Below, piece after piece: positions 1 to 9,727 of a stretch of 32,708 nt of DNA (positions are counted from its first letter, which is position 1; every line of letters begins with the position of its first letter). A program made the position numbers and the translations under genes. Under the pieces are notes generated by a model. That model made no database searches. It saw only the letters and a list, made by a program, of their open reading frames with translations, and was not told the origin of the DNA. Source of the stretch: Octopus bimaculoides (Eukaryota); NCBI RefSeq assembly GCF_001194135.2, contig NC_069001.1:6121154-6153861 (forward strand), given 5' to 3'.

Positions 1-78
1 TATATATATATATATATATGTGTATATATATATATATATATATGTGTATATATATATATATATGTGTATATATATATA

Positions 79-111
<33 letters not shown>

Positions 112-114
112 GTG

Positions 115-167
<53 letters not shown>

Positions 168-210
168 GTATGTATGTATGTATGAAAGAGAATGCATGTG
201 TATGTGTGTA
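1..210. repeat. (TA)n/(TG)n compound microsatellite
   Basis: Direct reading. Similar arrays: 1428-1475 (TA), 1510-1587 (TG), 2205-2242 (TTA), 5021-5155 (TA/GA), 18084-18107, 18260-18290, 19079-19140, 22700-22730, 23274-23325, 27165-27236 (GA), 28062-28092 (TAG). Confidence 0.95.
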
Positions 211-1423
211 AATGAGTGCAATGGTATGAGCAGAAATGGAATTGTTATAGGGTATGTGAAAAAAAAAAGAAAGGAATGATGATACAATGCTCAGCAATGG
301 ATGGAATTTAAACAAAACAACAGGAATATGAAAAGCTTACGAAAAATGATTAAAGATGAGGAGAAAGTTAGACAGGGATAGAGGAGACCAAGAGATGAGA
401 AGAGGCATATGTGTGTTTATAAATTAAAGTGTTGTTGAAGAAATGATAAAAAGGATATAATTGTGATGTGGGGGGAAAACTATCTAGAATGCCATTAAGT
501 GTATTTTTTTTTTATTTTATTTTATAAAATTGAAGAGATATGTTGTTAAGAAGGCGATGAAGGAGATTCCCCACCTTCAGAAAAAGAAAGTGGAAATGTT
601 TGTACCGGGATTGATATAATTCTCCAGTCATTTGACATTAGACTATCGTCATTAAAAAAAAAAAAGGATTTTTTCCCTTCTCACATTAATTAAATGTCTA
701 CGTTCTACAATTCTGTAGATTAAAAACAAATTTTTTTCATTTTAATTCCCCAAAATGAAATTCTTTTAAATCAGCATATCCTTATAAATGTATGCATACA
801 TGATTGTGTATATGTATTAACAAGTATGCATGCATGTGTGCACACATTTGTGAGTGCATATATCTTGTATAATTTCAGTTTTTTGGCTGTAAGTATACTG
901 GTGCACCACAATATATATACATATGTATGTATGTATGTATGTATGTCCACTGTCAAATATTGTACAACTTTGGTGTGTATACACACGTGCACACACACAC
1001 ACACATATATATACATATTCACACAGCTGCATGCACTAGATAAAAAAAAAATCAAGCTAAAATGTATTACATACACAGTACACATATATGCATAGATTTA
1101 TGCGTACATACACATGCATGTTCAACTATTGGCAAATGCACATCCTAATATCAAAACACATTGTAGTTATGCATGCACATTGCAGGTTAAACCAAAAATG
1201 AAAAAAATGATACCATCATAAACACAGCCAACACCTATGGCTACAGAATAAGGCAGCAAAAAAGTGGGTGTAAAAAAAATGGAAGGAGGAGAAGTAGGAT
1301 GAGGATGATAGGTAAGATGACTGTGGGATGTCCAATAAAATGCACAACTCCCATCCAGTGTAGCTGCATCCTCCTTCCAGTCAATTAATTGATTACCATT
1401 GCAGTTTATGATAACTGATTGTT

Positions 1424-1469
<46 letters not shown>

Positions 1470-1505
1470 CACATATAGATGGGGTTTTTAATTGTTCTTT
1501 GCTTT

Positions 1506-1588
<83 letters not shown>

Positions 1589-2203
1589 TTGTACACAATA
1601 TGTATGATGTATTAAAAAACATACACAAATGCTCACATGCTCAATGATGTAAATATATGTACATGTACACATTGCATGTATACATTACATATATTACTTA
1701 TATAAACAGGTATTTCATATGTAGTTGATTTCATTGGAGAGAAAAAAAACGGCACAGTGATTTTGGAAAAGTTGGTTGATATTACCTCCAAAACCATCAT
1801 CATCATTGTCGTCATCACCATTAATATTCACCAACATATAACTACTGAAGCTGAGGGGCAAACTCCCAGTCCAACAGTTCAGTCAATAGCTATTATTTGT
1901 TATATAATGGCATACTCTCCACCACTAAAACAACATAGGGAATTTATTTTTTGTGATATAATCTTTTTTCATAGTTTTCACATTTTTTTTATATTTCTTT
2001 ATTCTTCACTTGGCTTACAAATCAGTCATTTTTGCATCACATCAGCATCTTAAAAAACACAAGTTAATTCTTGCTTTCAAGATTTCAGCAAGTTTTATTG
2101 TTTTTGTATTTTTTCATCAGTTTTATATAAAAACATCCTTCTTTCTTTCACTTCTACTCATCATGGCCACATCAGTTTTTCATCTTATTTCTCTCTCTAC
2201 TTC

Positions 2204-2242
<39 letters not shown>

Positions 2243-3610
2243 GTATCACCAAACCTTAATTCTAAGTTAAACAGACTTACTGTCCTATATTTTAAATCCT
2301 CTTCATTTCTTTTCCTCTTTAATTTCATATGCATATGCACATCTCTCTTCTCTCTCATTTTGTTTTCTGTTCTCTTTCCATTCTTCATATTACACATGAC
2401 GTTTTCTTAAAATATGGTTCTTACACAGAAAAACATTATTAAACATCAAGATCTTAAAATCAACATGTTTGAAGATGTTTATACAAGTGCAAATTATTTT
2501 TACTTTTGCAACCATAGATACATATAACCAGAGTACGTTTTTGTAATGAATATTCTCTAATAAATATTGTGTTGAAAATTAGTGTTTATAATACTTAGAA
2601 CACATATTTATTAAAGTGTTTCATATTTAAAGTTTAAAGACATTATTAGACTGAGAATCTCATACATTTTACAGGAAACTCAAAGTAATGGTGCCATGAA
2701 GCTTTAAATAGAATAAAAACTGTGTGGATGTGGAACTTTGTGTGTGAGTGTGCGTGAATATACACATGTATCACATATTAGTCTCCCTACACGTTTTATA
2801 TACTGACACACACAGTCATATCTTGTAATGTAATTGAGCTGTATATGATAATAATAAACAAAATAGTGCTTAATTATTATAAATTATTAATGATATAATC
2901 TAAGCTATATAAAAAATTGGACAGTTTAGAGACACAATCACTGAAAAACTCTATAGAAAGCTTTGTTAAGTACCTTGAACAAGTTATCTAATTTTAGCTA
3001 ATATATGATATGCCTGAAAAGATTTTTGACTTAAGATCTTATATAAATTGTCCTGGGGCACAACTATAATTTTTCAGATAAAAACTCCATTTCATCAGAT
3101 AGTCAGGAGTTGTTTTTGCAAATTTTGATACATTTACATCTTAAAAAGTTCTTTCCTACAGCTAAACTCTCATCTATAACCAAGTGATGCAACAAATTTA
3201 TCTCATAGCCCCTCATTCTAACATTGAAATAGTAGTTATCAATCATGACCTTTCCATTTTTTTCCTTTGAAAGGGTCATAGCCTCAAGAGACTTGATGTA
3301 TATATAATTACAAAGACAGGTAATTAACGAAGGGAGTGAAATGTGTAAACTTAATTATGGTACAAAAAAAAAATGCTCAGTAGTAAAGACAACAAAAATC
3401 ATTTTCTTTATGTTTTGTCATAAAAGAATGGAAATTGCAACAATATATATTCAATTATAATTACATAATAAATTATACTTATATAAATGCATCTTGGAAT
3501 GCATGAATCTTAATACACATATATACACATCCACACAAAAATTTATGTTCTATTCTTTTACAGAGGTACTCTTAGTTTGATTATAGTTTCTTATGAATGA
3601 TTTATAGAAT

Positions 3611-3717
3611 TTAGAGAGAGAGACATGTTTAAAAAACATGTCATTTAGAGAGAGAGAGAGAGACATGTTTTAAAAACATGTCAGTTAGAGAGAGACAGAG
3701 AGACATGTTTAAAAAAC
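3611..3717. repeat. Tandem repeat, 40-bp period, about 2.7 copies, palindromic core GACATGTTT-AAA-AAACATGTC
   Basis: AGACATGTTT starts at 3621, 3661 and 3701. Confidence 0.9.
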
Positions 3718-4247
3718 TCTTGTCTGACTTTTTTAATTTTGAGCCAGATGAAAGTAGATAAGCTAAAACAAAATAAGTACATTTGTAACCACTGAAATGT
3801 TTGTTTTTCAGTTCTACAATAATCTTACACCAATGTTAACCAATCTTTGATAAACAGTTTTAGAAATCAACAGTAAAAAAAAATAAAAAACAGCTGAGAA
3901 AATGTTTTAGTTACACTTTCCATCATCATAGTCTCCATTCCATTGTATTCTCCATCATTTCTGACTTTCCATTTTATATTTCTTGTGGATGTCACAAGGA
4001 TAGTGCAACCAGACTTTGATGAATATAAACTATTTCCTTCCATTTAGTACAAAATTAATCTCAAAACCAAAACCACATAACTGATACAGCATATTATTAA
4101 TAATCATTCCTTCTTCACTTTCCACAACAGTAATTAATGCAAAAGATCAGTTAGACAGGTTTTACAACAGGTCGAAGAGTAGTGAGGTACCAATCAGTTA
4201 TAGTAAAGCAACAAGGATGGTGTTTCACTTTTACAGCTATATGTGCA

Positions 4248-4290
<43 letters not shown>

Positions 4291-4292
<2 letters not shown>

Positions 4293-4456
4293 GTGTTTCC
4301 CAACCTTTTTCACTACTAAAGACCCCTTTTATTTAAATGAGTTTTCCCACGGACTCCAAGATATTGAAAGGTCTCTCAGCTTAACATGTTCACAAACCCC
4401 CAGTACTACCTTTGCAGACCACCAGGGGTTCGCGAACCAAAGGTTGGGAACCACTG
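4291..4456. mobile_element. hAT-type MITE (166 bp)
   Basis: TIRs CAGTGTTTCCCAACCTT ... AAGGTTGGGAACCACTG. The left 8-bp flank is atatacat and the right flank begins ata before the gap, so the TSD is only partly checkable. Confidence 0.8.
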
Positions 4457-4992
4457 ATANNNNNNNNNNNNNNNNNNNNNNNNNNNNNNNNNNNNNNNNN
4501 NNNNNNNNNNNNNNNNNNNNNNNNNNNNNNNNNNNNNNNNNNNNNNNNNNNNNNNNNNNNNNNNNNNNNNNNNNNNNNNNNNNNNNNNNNNNNNNNNNNN
4601 NNNNNNNNNNNNNNNNNNNNNNNNNNNNNNNNNNNNNNNNNNNNNNNNNNNNNNNNNNNNNNNNNNNNNNNNNNNNNNNNNNNNNNNNNNNNNNNNNNNN
4701 NNNNNNNNNNNNNNNNNNNNNNNNNNNNNNNNNNNNNNNNNNNNNNNNNNNNNNNNNNNNNNNNNNNNNNNNNNNNNNNNNNNNNNNNNNNNNNNNNNNN
4801 NNNNNNNNNNNNNNNNNNNNNNNNNNNNNNNNNNNNNNNNNNNNNNNNNNNNNNNNNNNNNNNNNNNNNNNNNNNNNNNNNNNNNNNNNNNNNNNNNNNN
4901 NNNNNNNNNNNNNNNNNNNNNNNNNNNNNNNNNNNNNNNNNNNNNNNNNNNNNNNNNNNNNNNNNNNNNNNNNNNNNNNNNNNNNNNNNNNN

Positions 4993-5015
4993 ATGTATGT
5001 ATGTATCTTTCTATC

Positions 5016-5051
<36 letters not shown>

Positions 5052-5101
5052 GTATATGTATATATCTATATATGTACACATATAGATAGAGAGAGAGAGA
5101 T

Positions 5102-5153
<52 letters not shown>

Positions 5154-5375
5154 GAAGGGAGAGATGAATTTATATATGTAATATATGCAAAAACAGATGC
5201 ACATGCCAATAAATATGCCAGTACTGTCACATTCAGTCATGAAAACTTTTCTCTATTGTATTGACTGAAGTGAGGAAACAAAAAAGTTCCCATTCCATGT
5301 TCTTCTAACCACAAGTTTCTTGAAGTAACATTTGATTTTATGAGAGATGTAAGCAGATGTCCAATGGTAAATATA
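4993..5375 (-). other. Proximal 3' UTR of E75; distal end undetermined and probably beyond the gap at 4460-4992
   Basis: Directly follows the stop codon. No minus-strand AATAAA was seen between 5375 and the gap. Confidence 0.6.
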
Positions 5376-5505
5376 TTATGCTGTCTCCTTCTGCTGAAGT
5401 CCAATAGGTGGACAAGTTAAGAGCCCTGTTGGTGGACTATTCTGTTTCTCCAGCTTGACAGTTAAGTTCAATGGGGCATCAATATGTTTTGGTTCCTTTG
5501 GAATA
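5376..5505 (-). CDS. E75: E75 terminal coding exon F (130 nt including TAA), not in the ORF track
   Basis: Acceptor tttatttttttttcag|T; AG|T keeps the frame. Encodes (S)IPKEPKHIDAPLNLTVKLEKQNSPPTGLLTCPPIGLQQKETA*, with a PLNLT motif of the CtBP-binding PxDLS type. Confidence 0.88.
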
Positions 5506-5831
5506 CTGAAAAAAAATAAAGACAAGAAAATGGAAGTTGTAGCAATTTTTTGGTAGAAACCATCATGGGGTTTTAATATACGTTTATAAAGCTTAAATAA
5601 ATTAGTGAATTTGCTTTCTTATAATGTCACTATGTATCTAACTGTCTGCTTGTATGTTAAGGATTATATTTATACATATCTATATTTCTATATGTATGCT
5701 TTTGTTATGAAAGTTGTATATATGTTTGTGCATGAGTGAACATCTTTTACCTCTGCTACACTTGTGATATGTACCTATGAAATACATTTCTATGGACAAA
5801 TAAAATCAGGTGTTATATACTAGTAACATAC

Positions 5832-7672
5832 CTTGAAGTAATAACAGAGGTCCTGTTGACTGTGGAGATTTGCTGTAAAGGTGCGATCTGTTGATTGTAT
5901 CCGGTGAGCATGTGACCAGCAACTGGAGCCATTGGTGTATAGGAGTGGAGGAATGGTTGGTGATATCGGGATTGCGTTAACATTCCTGAGTAGCTCATAT
6001 TGGTAGGTGAAGCAGGAGAATGATGTTGTTGTGGTGGTGAATGTTGTGGCTTGTTACTACCACCACCACTACCACTCCCTGAAACACTACAACTGTCATC
6101 AGAGACTGAAGACAGCACTTGGTTGGAGACTATAACAGGTGCATTATTAGTCATGTTGCTGGAATAGGAGATTTTTCCATCATTTGCACTTGGGTTGCCT
6201 AATACTATAACACTTCCACACCTTGTTGCATTAGTCGACAAAGGTATGTCACCATTTATACTGCACTCTTTATTCAAATTTTCATAGCTATCCATTCGCT
6301 TTAATATTTTGTCCTTCAAGTTTGATACAGCTGCTGCATGAACTTGGTAACGGTTGGATGAATTTTCACTAGCCATTCGTTTCTGTTCTTCAGGAGACAT
6401 TGCAATATGAATATTTTGTTGACCACTCTGCGAGTACAAGTTGCCATTGGGTAAAGTAGAAAGATTAGAACGATAGCTGGAGATGCAATGGTTGGGTAAA
6501 ACAGAAGTTGTAGTTGGTTCACTATGCAAACTATTCAATGTCTGGTTGCACATGCTGTTGCCTGAAGAAGGAGCAATACTAGCAGATGCATGCATATTTA
6601 CAGGAATGCTGCCTGAAGATATTTGGAAAGGATGAAACAACACAAATCTGGACGAGGTTTGGCTAGTGGGGTTAGGTGCTTGCAGATGAGCAAGCAGCTG
6701 TGGATGAGCTTCACCTGCTGAAAGTTTAGACTTGCTGCCAGAGTTATTATATGAGGGAGTTGGTGTAAGGTTCTCTTTCTTAATTTCATTACAGTCTGTT
6801 GTTAAATAGCCAGAGTTGCGTTGATCATTCTGTTTCAGTTTTTGAGGAAGCAATTGTGATTGTTGTTGCTGTTGCTGCTGCTGCTGCTGCTGCTGTTGAG
6901 AGTTTTGGTGATGATGAGGTGACATCTGCTGCTTCTGTTGCTGCTGATGCTGTTGAGGATGATGATGTGGTTGATGTAGTTGCTGTTGTGGTGGAGGTGG
7001 TGGTGGTGGCGGCGGTGGCGGTGGCGGTGGTGGTTGCTGTTGAACTGTGTTAGGACTAAGCCTATTAGGTGAGATTGATTGATTGTAACTGTTAATCAAA
7101 TTAGGTGCAATACTGTTAGAATTGCTGCCTGTTTCTCTTATATTATTGCTTGCATTGCTGTTAGTATGGTTACTAACACTGCTGATGCTGATGCTGCCAT
7201 TGCTATTGCTGCTGCTGATATTATTGTTGTTATTGCAGTTGCTTGCATTGCTCAAGGTATTGTTTGGATTATTGTTTTTGATTGTGGAATGTGGTGGATG
7301 TTTCCGGAATTTGTCAAACTTTTTATGAAATATTTCCTGTTCAGGGCAGTCTGTGGTTTTTGTACTAGTTGACAAAGGGGACGTATTGAGATTGCTATTA
7401 CTAATGCTGTTATTGTTGCTGTTGTTGCTATTTGGAACACTGCTGGTGGTTGACAAAGATGATAATGATTGCCGACAACCTTCAGGTGAGCCAGATTTTG
7501 TCAATTGGTAATCTGCTACTGGCTTCTGAACTTTTGTACTCATTCCACTGAGTGATTCAGGCTGATGACTAGCAGCTTCTGTAATCTGGAAATCGGGTTT
7601 TGGAATATAAGCATGAGGGGATGATCGCCGATCAAAATATGCAAATTGTTCTAGCTCTGATCGTAGATATCT
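5832..7672 (-). CDS. E75: E75 exon E (1841 nt, phase 0 to 2), low-complexity N/S/Q/P/H-rich region
   Basis: Acceptor tttttatctttacag|AGA and donor TCAAG|gtatgt at 5831, inside the 625-aa ORF. Contains HKKF, QLLAHLQ and MSPEEQKR, which resemble insect E75 F-domain motifs as I recall them (not database-checked). Confidence 0.9.
6858..7045 (-). repeat. Coding trinucleotide repeats (polyP, polyQ, His-rich) in exon E
   Basis: QQQPPPPPPPPPPPPPPPQQQ...QQQQQQQQQQQQQ encoded by CCA/CCG and CAG/CAA runs. Confidence 0.9.
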
Positions 7673-8034
7673 CTGTAAAGATAAAAACAAAGGTAAAGAA
7701 ATGCAACTAAAATCAAGCAGGAAACAACAGGCACAAATGAAAAATATTTTACTGAAACAATTATCAATAGTATTAGATTTTCAATTTTTAAGAAGCAAAG
7801 TTTATGAGATTTTAAGATAAATTAGTAGCAATAGGATGAGATTTTGGCAAAGTCTAGGAATTTCTCTTTTTGAAAACCAAACATCTTATAATGATTGATT
7901 TTAAAATTATAATCTTTTATGTATCAATACAATAAATAAGAATATGACACTGGAATTAAAACTTGTATCTCCAAAACACAAACATTGCTTAAATAAATCT
8001 ACTCAGGATAAATATAAAAAAAAGGAACACTTGC

Positions 8035-8938
8035 AGGTGATTTGGTAACATCTGCTCCAGAGTGACATGTATCTTCTGTTTTCAGCAACTGATCAGTTGT
8101 CCTTGACAAGTCTGACGGATGAATGTCCACCAGCAAGGACTTCTTCCATGCATGAAGCCCATAGGAAGCTCCAACACTTCGTCGTCTCATGTCAGGGACC
8201 AAAAGATTCTGTGAGCTATCAATGGAAATACGATCTAGCTCCTGGAGGTGTTGTATATTGGTAGGTCGTGATGCCCGACCATCATGAAAGCTAAAGCAAC
8301 GAGGTCGTGAGACATGGTCAATTCGTGGTGCCAAATCATCAGTGCCTGCAGAATCTGATCGTGGCCGTGAGTGTGGTGAACTCGGTGAAGAGCTATATTG
8401 GAAGTGTAAATCTCGATCTGGCATAGGACTTCCACGAGAGCTGCTTGTGTTTGAGTCGACAGTAGCAATGGATACAAAGTCTCTGTTATTCAGATACTGT
8501 TGGTGTTCCTCTGGAATGGGACTGCTGGCTGCACTATTTGATATAGAAGGGGGTTTACTGTCACCATGGATAGCAGCACGCTTCTCAAGTCTGTCACTAA
8601 GTTTGCTCACCACTTTAATTAGATTTTCACGGTCAAGAGTATAGGTCCTTCTCCGACTCACCACACTATCATCGACACGATGCAATTTTGAGCGTGGCAC
8701 CGTGTCACGATCCAGTGTATGGCATCTCTGTCGTGGTTGGTCAGAAATAAAATTATACCGGGACTCATCACGAAGAAACAGACCATACGGTGTCTGCAGA
8801 AAAACTTGTGATAATTGGTTGCTATTTTTTAAAGGCTGTTTCTGTGCAGTTAATAAATTGGGTTCAACATTAGCCCTCATTGGACAACTATCCAAGGGAT
8901 TTGGCGTGCACAATGAATCAGTACCACAGTTCATTTGG
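8035..8938 (-). CDS. E75: E75 exon D (904 nt, phase 2 to 0), Ser/Arg-rich part of the C-terminal extension
   Basis: Strong acceptor ttttctttcattttctag|C within ORF 7999-8970 (QMNCGTDSLCTPNPLDSCPMRAN...). The 3' boundary is placed at a phase-0 GC donor, CCT|gcaagt, and is less certain than the 5' boundary. Confidence 0.86.
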
Positions 8939-9208
8939 CTAGAAAATGAAAGAAAAAAAACAATTAACATTATAACAAAACAGTATGTTTTCTAATCATA
9001 ATTTGTTGCAAAAGTTGAAGCTTAGGCAGATGTGGGGAGTGGGGATTCAACTGCTGCTCATTTGTTTTATGGAGAAATAGAAATCACACTGATATTTTAG
9101 TAATAGATTTATATATGTCATTTCCCCTTTTAAAAGACAATGGGTATGATTTGAAAGAGATTTGGTTAACATTTCTAGCAGGTCAAGTAAAAATTGGCTT
9201 GTTCTGTA

Positions 9209-9510
9209 GTGAAGGCATGTGGCTTAGTAGTTAGGGCATTTGGCTCACAATCGTAAGGTCATGAGTTCAATTCTTGGTGAGACATTGTGTCCTTGAGTTA
9301 GACACTATTTCACATTGCTCCAATCAACTCAGCCGGAAAAAATGAGTAGTACCTGCAATTCAAAGGACCAGCCTTGTCACATTCTGTATCACATTGAGTC
9401 CCTGAGAACTACGTTAAGGGTATCTGTGTTTGTTGAGTGCTCAGCCACTTGCATGTTAATTCTATGAGCAGGTTGTCCTATTGATTAGATCAGTTGAACA
9501 CTCGTCAGAG
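9209..9510 (+). mobile_element. tRNA-derived SINE
   Basis: A-box-like TGGCTTAGTAGTTAGG and B-box-like GAGTTCAATTC, followed by a core-like tgtgtccttgag...gacact segment. Confidence 0.8.
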
Positions 9511-9633
9511 TGCCAGTTAATGCTAAATAGACAGACATGGCAAGTTGAGTAACAGAAGAAGGGAAAGGAATGGAAAAAAAAACCTAGTGAGTGGGGAGAT
9601 TATATATATATTCTTGTTAGCCAAATTACATAC

Positions 9634-9727
9634 CCGCATTCCGGCCGGACATCATCAACCTCCATATGTTGTTGTTCAGAACTAAATGTATGTTCTTGCA
9701 TGTCACAACTGTTTGACTTTTCTTCAG
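9634..9727 (-). CDS. E75: E75 exon C (94 nt, phase 1 to 2), not in the ORF track
   Basis: Acceptor ttttgttttatttcag|CT and donor GCGG|gtatgt. Open frame (S)EEKSNSCDMQEHTFSSEQQHMEVDDVRPEC(G). Its 3n+1 length is exactly what is needed to join exon B (phase 1) to exon D (phase 2). Confidence 0.85.

Noticed and set aside
984-989. CACGTG E-boxes as CLOCK/CYCLE sites (also about 11610, 16440, 24696)
   Set aside because: Few and scattered, and lying in a CA microsatellite, LINEs or coding sequence; consistent with chance.
20-1596. ORFs rich in Y/I/V/C/H/T (e.g. 20-211, 64-279, 771-1085, 1393-1596)
   Set aside because: Translations of (TA)n/(TG)n/(CA)n microsatellites, with no domain-like sequence.
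4243-5085. Long ORFs spanning N runs (also 12390-13940)
   Set aside because: Artefacts of gaps translated as X.
5813-7690. The 625-aa ORF as a stand-alone intronless gene, and likewise 7999-8970
   Set aside because: The starts are TTG/ATG inside polypyrimidine tracts. Both ORFs have clear acceptors and join in frame to the E75 exons.
6316-8995. Overlapping alternate-frame and antisense ORFs (6316-6522, 6598-6789, 6799-7053, 7079-7372, 8067-8264, 8342-8644, 8702-8995)
   Set aside because: Shadows of exons D and E caused by low-complexity codons, with no independent splice or homology support.
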